Assembly (NCBI RefSeq): GCF_006345805.1
Contig: NC_042999.1
Location: 159,216,001 to 159,280,000, forward strand
Length of the DNA stretch: 64,000 nt
Direction: 5' to 3'
Source: Octopus sinensis
Lineage: Eukaryota
The notes under the pieces are model-generated. The model was not told the DNA's origin and did not search any database. It was given only the letters and a program-made list of their open reading frames with translations. Below, one piece after another: positions 54,860 through 64,000 of this stretch. The number at the start of each line of letters is the position of its first letter. Position 1 is the first letter of the stretch. Made by a program: the position numbers and the translations under genes.

Positions 54860-55280
54860 TAAACTTTGGGAAAGTTTTACAGATTTTTACAGTTCCAGTG
54901 ATGAATTGAATCTGTAGTCTTCGAATCAGCTTTCTCCTTTCTGGTTTTGAGAAGCCTACTTTCTCAAGATTGGTATTTATGCAGTGTGTTACATATCCCA
55001 GTACCCCAATATTTACAGGAATAAACCTGAACATGTAATCTAGATAGAATAGCTGCTGATTTCTCTACAGTTCAGCATAGATATTCTCTTTTTCACTGAT
55101 CTTCAGCTTTGTTAACATCCGCTGGGCAGCTGATTTCCACAACAATGCACAGTTTCTCTTCTTTATCCCAAATCCTTATATCAGATCTATCGGGCCTTAT
55201 ATCAGGTTTATTGGGGTTTTCACAAAGACATTCCACCTGTACTGCAATTTTATCATGAGTGGCGATGGCTTCCACCATAC
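54860..55280 (-). mobile_element. 3' end of a REL-endonuclease non-LTR retrotransposon (R4/Dong-like), decayed
   Basis: 'PDIRIWDKEEKLCIVVEISCPADVN' and 'FIPVNIGVLG...LIRRLQIQFITGTVKICK'. Confidence 0.75.
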
Positions 55281-55412
55281 TATCGGTTCTTATTTCTCTG
55301 CCATCGAGGTTATCCTTTCGACGGATGTCGTTATACAGTGTCCTACCTACAACATCATCCTAACTACATCATGTCTCATCGGTAGATATATATGTATGTA
55401 TGCATGTATTTG

Positions 55413-55660
55413 TGGAGGCACGTCGCTTAGTGGTTAGGGTATCAGCATCATGATCGTAAGGTTGTGGTTTCGATTCCTGGAGCAGGCGACACGTTGTATT
55501 CTTGAGCAAAACACTTCATTTCACGTTGCTCCAGTCCACTCAGCTGGCAAAAATGAGTAACGCTGCGATGGACTGGGGAACATATGCGCCATAGAAACAC
55601 ATGCGCCATAGAAACCGGGAAATCAGGCACATGAAATCAGGCTAGGCTTTAAAAGGGCGT
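55413..55660 (+). mobile_element. tRNA-derived SINE family D (second copy about 58851-59100)
   Basis: tRNA-like head followed by CTTGAGCAAAACACTTCATTTCACGTTGCTCCA, shared by both copies. Confidence 0.65.
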
Positions 55661-55795
55661 ATTTATTTTATGTATGTGTGTATGTATGTATGTATGTTGT
55701 ATGTATGTATGTATGTATGTATGTATGTATGTATGTATGTTGCATGTATGTATGTATGTATGTATGTATTTATTTATTTATTATGTATGTCTTAC

Positions 55796-55898
55796 CTTTG
55801 TTGTTCTTATTTGCCATGAGACCATAATGATAAATTAGAAAACCGAGCAAAGAGAACATTGTATACAACATGTCCGCTTGTCCAACAACTGAGGCGAC
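55796..55898 (-). CDS. TMTC4: TMTC-family O-mannosyltransferase (TMTC4-like), internal exon A: VASVVGQADMLYTMFSLLGFLIYHYGLMANKNNK+G
   Basis: 103 nt, bounded by acceptor tgtttttcag and donor gtaaga, phase 0 in and phase 1 out. The peptide matches the TMTC 'VAGVVGRA(D/E)LL..LFFLLSFL.Y' segment and joins exon B in frame. Family assignment is strong; the TMTC4 paralog call is from recalled similarity. Confidence 0.85.
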
Positions 55899-56193
55899 CT
55901 GAAAAACATTACATTAAATTATACATTAACTTAGTCACGTAATCATTGCATTTGACAACACAGTGTTCAGTTATTTTGATTTAAATGGAAATTTTATAGA
56001 TTGCCTATTGTTTTTTAATGGAATTGGAATGTTCAATTATATTCAGTTATCAAGCAATCATCAGTTGTTTACATGGACATAACCTAATGCTTCATTTCAA
56101 TATATATATAATTGAATATTAGAAATTTTACTTAAGTACTATGTTCAGTGTAAGAAATTTCACTAAATAATATTCTCTCCAATATAAACGTGT

Positions 56194-56260
<67 letters not shown>

Positions 56261-56789
56261 TTATGTGTGTATTGATATTTTGTAAGTAAACATTGACATT
56301 CTCCAAAATTTTATTGATGCAAATGCTAATCTGATCATTCAGTTAACGTTCTGAGAATGCGAGATCTAACTGCCGTTGCATGACAAGCATAACTCAGTTT
56401 CTATGGTAATTCTTTCTTATTATCCATTTTAAATCCCATGAATCACACTGCATGTGTGTGTGTGTGTGTGCGCGCGCGTGCGTGTGTGTGTGTGTGTGTG
56501 TGTGTCTGTGTGTGTGTGTCTGTGTGTGTGTGTGTGTGTGGCGCATGAGCGTTAAATGATTTCGTTACAACTACTCGTTATTACTGAATGACTGCTATAC
56601 GAGGAACAATTCTGAAACAAACCATACTTCCATTTAAAGTGCCTGAAAATTACAAGTGCTAACAACTTTCAGATTAAAATTAGCAGCTGGATGGAAGACA
56701 TTGAGTAACAGTTTATAATACTGTTCAATAATTAGCGTTTGGACTTTACTTTACTGAAATTCACTGAAATTTTTGATCAATTTCTAAGC

Positions 56790-57081
56790 GTTGCATACTG
56801 ACATATACACATCATATATACAAAGCTACGCGTATTCCTACATACACAGACACAGCACATACACACACGCATACACGCACACGCACACATACTGCAGACA
56901 CACACACATACATTTATGGGCGTGGTTGTGTGGTAAGATGCTTGATTCTCAGCCACATGGTTCTGGGTTCAGTCCCACTGCATGGCTTCTTTGGTAAGTG
57001 TTTTCTATTATAGCCCCGGGTCGACCAAAGTCTTTTGAGTGGATTTGGTAGACGGAAACTGAAAGACGCCTGTCGTATATA

Positions 57082-57120
<39 letters not shown>

Positions 57121-57519
57121 GTGAAAATATGCATGCATAAATACACACGTACACACACTGCTTCGATTTTTCAAGTCAGAGTTGTTCTCATTCGGTTGTC
57201 GTTCAAAAAGACCCAGCAGCCAATGTAACATGTGACGGTCGTCTATATATTGGATCCATTACTTTAGGCTAAATGATTAATAAAGAGAATATTATAACTA
57301 TATTATTTTACTTGTTTCAGTGTTTTGACTGCGGCCATGCTAGAGCACTTCCTTTTAGTCGAAGTAATCAACCCCAGGGCTTTATACTCCTAGTACTTAT
57401 TGTATCGGTTACTTTTGCCGAACCGGTAAGTTACGGGGACGTAAACACACCAACATCAGTTGTCAAGTGATGATAGGAGGGGGACAAACAGACGCAAAAG
57501 TACACACATAAATACATAC

Positions 57520-57575
<56 letters not shown>

Positions 57576-58017
57576 ATCACGTGACCGACCAGGCTATCAG
57601 ATGTTGCTACACATCGCTGGTCACAATGCGCTTCGCATTGTTTTGGCCTTCAAAAGACGCCACCCCGCTGACTAAGCGAGCAGGCCAATATATATATATA
57701 TACATACAACGAGATTCTTTCAGTTTCCGTCTACCAAATCACCCCACAGGGCTCTGATCGGCTCGAGGCTATAGTAGAAGGCACTTGCCCAAGGTGCTAC
57801 GCAGTGGGACTGAACCCGGAACCATGTGGTTGAGAATCAAGCTTCTTACCACACAACCACGCCCATAAATGTATGTGTGTGTGTGTGTATGTGTGCAGTA
57901 TGTGTACGTGTGCGTGTATGCGTGTGTGCATGCGTGTGTGTGTGTATGTGCTGTGTCTGTGTATGTAGGAATGCGCGTAGCTTCGTATACATGATGTGTA
58001 TATGTAAGTATGCAACC
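56790..58017. repeat. Diverged inverted duplication (arms about 56790-57090 and 57700-58017)
   Basis: The arms share about 130 bp of non-SINE flank plus the SINE A head, with scattered substitutions. Confidence 0.8.
57305..57865 (-). mobile_element. SINE family A with an internal insertion; inverted partner of the head at 56917-57090
   Basis: Tail at 57305-57500, head at 57700-57865, and a different repeat fragment at 57570-57690. Confidence 0.75.
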
Positions 58018-60003
58018 CTTAGAAATACATTTTCGCTCATGATATTCCTATCACGATCAACTGACATTCTAACTTGTATCGACTAAAAGAATCCGGAATA
58101 GCATATTAATGTCATATTTGCTAGCATTCTTTTGTTTTATTAACTTTTTGTTCTTTCAATAATTGATTCAAAAACTCTCTTGAAGAGAGAAATACTCATA
58201 TTGCTGTCTGCTTATTATCTTTCCAAATGGATGGTGTGTGTTAATATAATGATTATTTTTTCTTTTGCCGTTTTCTTTTTTAATTTAAATTCTAATATGC
58301 TGGATTAAATTAGCAGAATCATATTTAAAACATTCTGGGACAACCTTTTCTTAATGCATGAGCATTTTCTGGTAGTTCATATTGGTCACGTTTTCAGTGG
58401 TATTGTCAAATGAAATAGAATAATCCATTATCTCAGAAATTCTATGAAAATAAAACTAAAGCAGTTTAAAATTATACTCGATGACTTTGATCTACATCAA
58501 TTCATTTCATGTATTATTTGCATTTTATCAAAAGTAATCATCTGAATTCAGTTACATAGGCAATGCAAGAGATTTTCCTTCGAGGATTGTCTCAGACAAC
58601 CAACTGCAAAATGTAGGACCAATCGGAATTAAAACAGTTTGCCTGAAGACAGAATCTGTTTAGTATGTTATTTTGTGTGCGTTTTTATCTCACTTCTATC
58701 TCTTATCGTGTACTTGAAGCATTTTAGTCAAACAAATCGATCGCAGAACTTATTTTTCACACTTGCTAGTTAGAATAACCTCTTTTGCCGAACCACTCTA
58801 TGTGTGTATGTATGTGTGTGTTAGTGTGTGTGTGTGTGTGTGTGTGTGTAGCCTAGTGGTTAGCATGTTGCACTCACGACTGCTAGATCATGGCTTCAAT
58901 TCCTAGGCTGGGCGGCACGTTGTGTTCTTGAGAAAAACACTTCATTTCACGTTGCTCCATTCCCCCTTTTGATCAGGGGAGATTGTTGGCTTGCTCACCT
59001 AGCAAGCGGGGTGGCGTCATTCGAAGGCTAAAATGATGCAAGATGCATTGTGACCACCGATATGTAACAGCATCTGATAGTCTGAACGGTCATGTGGTCA
59101 GTTTCCGTTTGACATATCCACTCACAGGGACTTAATCACCTCAGAGCTATATTAGAAGACACTTGCCCATGGTGTCACGGAGTGGCACTGACCGTGGAAC
59201 CATATGGATCGGAAGGAAACTTTGTACTACACACCTACGACTGCACCTATCAACTATAATAATATATTATTGTCAGGAAATTGAATTTCGCAGATCTTTC
59301 ATAGATCACATGCGATCAGGAACAAATCCAGATATACATTTTCTGAATAAATTACTTGCTTTATTCTACAACACTTTTGTTATTAATTATTCCGGTCTAA
59401 CTAAATCCCTCATTCTCATAGAAAACCTCTAAACACATTTCACAGCGATATATATGGATAGGCCATATACACGTGTCTTCTTCAAACCATACAGACATAG
59501 AAGCAAGAATATTAAAATCTACGCAAAGAATATCATTGCATTAGATATTATTGTAGTTTGATTAATTTCAGACAGCCCTTGTAGCTAAAAGTCAAACATG
59601 CGCACGCAACCAGAAATATTATATTATTAAAATTGCATTAACGATCTGCAAGTATCACAATTTACATGCAATCCAACATATTTGCACTATATATCATAAA
59701 AGTTACCAATGACATCCATTGAATTTTGAGAGAATAAAGCTCTAATGAACCAACCTGAATCTTCGCTAACGACATCTTTCAATTGCCCATTGATAGAAGA
59801 TGACTGACAAAGTCATGCTATATGTCAAACTGTTTAAGACTAGATAGCCATTTCTAGATAACCGCTTCAAAATAGAGGCTGTCCTGAGTGTTTTACTGGT
59901 TACGCCTGCCCAAAACGAGAGTTTAAATAAAGATGTGTACTATAAGCAAAAGGTCCATGAAGTTTTGGATAAGGTATCCAAGTTTTGGATAAGCTTTTGG
60001 ATA

Positions 60004-60168
60004 GGCGCAGGAGTGGCTGAGTGGTAAGTAGCTTGTTTACCAACCACATGGTTCCGGGTTCAGTCCCACTGCGTGGCATCTTGGGTAAGTGTCTTCTACT
60101 ATAGCCTCGGGCCGACCAAAGCCTTGTAAGTGGATTTGGTAGACGGAAACTGAAAGAAGCACGTCGTA

Positions 60169-60208
<40 letters not shown>

Positions 60209-60445
60209 TGTATGTTTGTGTGTCTGTGTGTCTGTGTTTGTCCCCCTAGCATTGCTTGACAACCGATGCTGGTGTGTTTACGTCCCCGTTACTTAGCGGT
60301 TCGGCAAAAGAGACCCATAGAATAAGTACTGGGCTTACAAAAGAATAAGTCCCGGGGTCGAGTTGCTCTATTAAAGGCGGTGCTCCAGCATGGCCGCAGT
60401 CAAATGACTGAAACAAGTAACAGAGTAAAAAGAGAGTAAAGAGTA
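60004..60445 (+). mobile_element. SINE family A
   Basis: Same consensus. Confidence 0.85.
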
Positions 60446-60808
60446 CCGTTTTTAAGGATATTTGACCGGTACTTCTTTCATCGAACTCAGAAAGCAAGAA
60501 AGCAAATTCGAGCACACCAACATTCGAACACATAACGCAAAGTTCACATTACCCTTCTCTTCTTATTTTAACAGCAACCACACAAGTATAATCATTCGAC
60601 CCGGGTCATTCGTATAAGGATATATTCCTCCCAGGTTCCCATCCATCTCTTAGGACACCATAAAGGCTCGTGAGCACTGCGCCTCCAACACTGATTAAAT
60701 AACAAAAGCGTATTAAGAACAAATACGTTAAATATCAACCAATGGAAATTTTGAATTGCAGACACAACAACAATAGCACGAAAATAACTGCGATAACTGG
60801 AAACTATA

Positions 60809-61025
60809 CTCTTTTACTCTTTTACTTTGTTTCAGTCATTTGACTGCGGCCATGTGGAGCACCGCCTTTAATCGAGCAAAGCGACCCCGGGACTTATTCT
60901 TTGCAAGCCCAGTACTTATTCTATCGGTCTCTTTTGCCGAACCGCTAAGTGACGGGGACGTAAACACACCAGCATCGGTTGTCAAGCAATGCTAGGGGGA
61001 CAAACACCGACAAACACACACACAC

Positions 61026-61065
<40 letters not shown>

Positions 61066-61226
61066 CAGGCTTCTTTCAGTTTCCGTCTACCAAATCCACT
61101 CACAAGGCATTGGTCGGCCCGGGGCTATTGCAGAAGACACTTGCCCAAGATGCCACGCAGTGGGACTGAACCCGGAACCATGTGGTTGGTTAGCAAGCTA
61201 CTTACCACACAGCCACTCCTGCGTCT
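60809..61226 (-). mobile_element. SINE family A
   Basis: Same consensus. Confidence 0.85.
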
Positions 61227-61839
61227 ATGTGCAACATATAACAACTACCCGAAATTAAAGTAACGCAAGTATGTGCATGCCTACGGGTTTATAAATTTGC
61301 GCACACGTCTATCGAGACAGCTGCACATGCAAACATGGGCATATACGTGTCTGTCTGACTGCCTGCCTGTCTGTCTGATTGTCTGTCTGACTGTCTGCCT
61401 GTTTGTCTGTAAGTAATGTAAGCTTATATGCTGCATGATCTCTTATACAAGAAAAGAAGCGCACGAAGAGAATATTTCATTTTAGGCAAGTAGTGTATGT
61501 CCAAATCACGTCGGTATAGAAGCTTAATATTTTTCTTCCTTGTAGCTTTTCACTTTCTCTCACACATTATTGTTATGGCCTTATTTTTAGCACCGGAAAC
61601 GTTTTTTTTTAAAGATTTTTTTGTTATTTACTATTTTTCTCGAAACACTTCATCATAATATTGTTGGTGTAAGCTATGCATGTCATGGTTAACGTAATCA
61701 GATTATCCCGTATCAATGGGAGAAAAACGATTTGCTGTTATAAATGTGAAATTGCGTGGAAAGATATGTATGCGCATGCCTACGGGTTTACACATTTGTG
61801 CACACATCTATGAAGACAGCTGCACATGCAAAAATGGGC

Positions 61840-61882
<43 letters not shown>

Positions 61883-62227
61883 TGTTTGCCTGTCTGTCTG
61901 TCTGACTGTCTGACTGTCTGTCTGTATCTGATTGCGTCTGTGTGTGTATTTATGCGTGCGTATCTTTGGTATGTATTTTGTCGCCCCTACCCCCATTTGA
62001 AAATTGATGACTTTGTTTATATGAGTGTGTGTGTGTGTGTTTGTATATGTGTGTTTGTGTGTGTGTGTGTATGAGTGTGCGCGCGTGTCTGTGTGTGCTG
62101 GGAAGGTATAAATATAGGAACACTGCGTGGTTAGAAGTTTACTTCGCAATCACATGGTTCTACGCCGACCAAATCCCTGAAAATGGATTTGGTAGACAAA
62201 AACTGTCGTATATATATATGTGTGTAA

Positions 62228-62692
62228 GGCGGCAAGCCAGCAGAAACGTTAGTACGCCGGGCGAAATGCTTAGCAGTATTTCGTCTGCCGCTACGTTTTG
62301 AGTTGAAATTCCACCGAGGTCGACTTTGCCTTTCATCCTTTCGGGGTCGATTAAATAAGTACCAGTTACGCACTGGGGTCAATATAATCGACTTAATCCG
62401 ATTGTCTGTCCTTGTTTGTCCTCTCTGTGTTTAGCCCCTTGTGGGTAGTAAAGAAATAGGTATTTCGTCTGTCTTTACGTTCTGAGTTCCAATTCCACCG
62501 AGGTCGACTTTGGCTTTCATCCTTTCGGGGCCGATAAATTAAATACCTATTTCTTTACTACCCACAAGGGGCTAAACACAGAGGGGACAAACAAAGACAG
62601 ACATACGGATTAAGTCGATTATATTGACCCCAGTGCGTAACTGGTACTTAATTTCATCGACCCCGAAAGGATGAAAGGCAAAGTCGACCTCG
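62228..62692. mobile_element. SINE family B cluster: plus copy, partial repeat, then an adjacent minus copy (62545-62692)
   Basis: Tail-to-tail inverted arrangement that directly abuts the mariner remnant. Confidence 0.8.
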
Positions 62693-63515
62693 ATGTGGCG
62701 AATGAGCGCACTGTAATCCGATGGTTTGAGAAGTTCCGGCGTGGTAGCTTTACTCTTTAAAATCAGTCCCGTAGTAGATCTGTGACCAAGGTAGATAATG
62801 AGATGGAAATTAATGGAAGCGGATATGTCTCAAACTACCAGTGAGTTTGCAGCAAAGGTTTGAAGTTTCGATTCCAGCTGTATTGGACCGTCTGAAACAA
62901 ATCGACAAGGTAAAGAAGCTACACGATTGGGTACCACACGAACTCAACGAGTATCAAATGACACGTCGTCTTGAAACTTGCTGTTTGCTGTCACGGCATA
63001 AAAGCGAAACCATTTTTGCATTGTACTGTGATGTGTGATAAAAAAATAGATTCTTTTCAACAATAGCAAGCGCTCTGCATGGTGGTTGGGTAAAAGGAAT
63101 TTGGTGGTGCAGCGCTGATGTCATCCACAACAACTTCATGATGTATACAACGGATGTATTCATTAACCAATTGGATGAAATGATGAGTGAACATGCAAAT
63201 TAATCAACCGAGATTGGTCAATATAGACAAGTCAATTCTCTTGCAAGACAATGCTTGACCACATGTTGCACAAAGAACGCTACTCAAGTTACAGGAACTG
63301 AACTTGGAAGTAATTTGTCATCTACCACATTCACAGGACTTTGCACCAACTGACTATCACGGTTTTTTGCAAGGAAAAAACTTCAAATCTGAAGAAGATG
63401 CAAAAATAGCCTTTCGTGATTTCATTACCACTTGCTCTCCAGAATTCTTCACTACCGGCATAAATAAGCTACCGATAAAATGGCAAAATTGTGTTGATAA
63501 TTTAGGTGTATATAG
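62693..63515 (+). pseudogene. Decayed mariner (Tc1/mariner) transposase
   Basis: 'RWFEKFRRG', 'WVPHEL', 'LLQDNA*PHVA', 'HLPHSQDFAPTDYH' (YSPDLAP equivalent), 'FFTTGINKLPIKWQNCVD'; contains stops and frameshifts, and no TIRs were seen. Confidence 0.85.
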
Positions 63516-63542
63516 ATAGATAAATGTATGTATATATGCATA

Positions 63543-63573
<31 letters not shown>

Positions 63574-63868
63574 ATGTATGTATGTATGTATGTATGTATG
63601 TATGAGTGTGTGTTTGTTTGCGTGCGTGTGTATGTATATATATATTTAAACATAATAAATAACAATAAGGTAATAAGAAATTATTATTACCAGTGGCCTA
63701 GCACAAAAACGAACTCGTCATTAGACTATATATTATTCACATAGAAATACAAGTGGCTTCCAAATAGGAAAGCCTTGTGCTAGAAAGAGCAGTAGAAAAC
63801 TCAAACCACCAATTAAAGATAAATTCTCAAAAGGAATGAAAATTAAAACGTTTACCATCTCAATTATT

Positions 63869-63937
63869 TCCCAAACCATGGTTTCTAACTATTTCAAGCA
63901 AAAAATTTTTGCTGAGGGCCAGTCTTCATCAGTGGGA
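63869..63937 (-). ncRNA. Hammerhead-like motif inside an inverted-repeat element (63758-64000)
   Basis: P1 TCCCA/TGGGA; CTGATGA; imperfect P2; GAAA; palindromic P3 ACCATGGT; GUU. The sequence downstream is homologous to that of the 3294-3393 ribozyme. Confidence 0.55.
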
Positions 63938-64000
63938 ATCCTTAATTGGTGGTTTGAGTTTTCTACTGCTCTTTCTAGCACAAGGCTTTCCTATTTGGAA

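Noticed and set aside
58340-58442. MDYSISFDNTTENVTNM, resembling a glycosylated receptor N-terminus
   Set aside because: Terminates after about 30 codons with no convincing donor and no further exons.
59707-59806. Open 100-nt minus-strand segment with AG/GT ends (SSSINGQLKD...MDVI)
   Set aside because: Its phase 1 donor does not fit the phase 0 exon A, and it has no recognisable similarity; an open frame of this length arises by chance.

Overview
This is AT-rich, repeat-dense animal genomic DNA. The tRNA-derived SINE families and microsatellite load look like an octopod cephalopod; that is recalled similarity, not a database search. One host gene is supported: a TMTC-family protein O-mannosyltransferase, most like TMTC4, on the minus strand. 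Four internal coding exons join in frame through GT-AG introns (55898-55796, 41748-41654, 36920-36798, 19772-19623), and its first and last exons were not found here. Everything else appears intronic. The repeats are four SINE families, two 5'-truncated copies of a Tx1/L1-type LINE that both abut (GATA)n microsatellites, three copies of a non-autonomous Helitron, Penelope-like (GIY-YIG) remnants, REL-endonuclease LINE 3' ends and a decayed mariner. The most interesting signals are (1) several minimal type I hammerhead ribozyme motifs, including an intact one in a ~474-bp head-to-tail and fold-back unit that resembles a retrozyme or Penelope pseudo-LTR; (2) a probable (GATA)n-targeting Tx1 family with a nearly intact ORF2; (3) a ~3.5-kb palindrome that splits one Tx1 copy; and (4) a Helitron flanked by a 47-bp direct repeat. 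Long-read assembly artefacts cannot be excluded for the fold-back structures.
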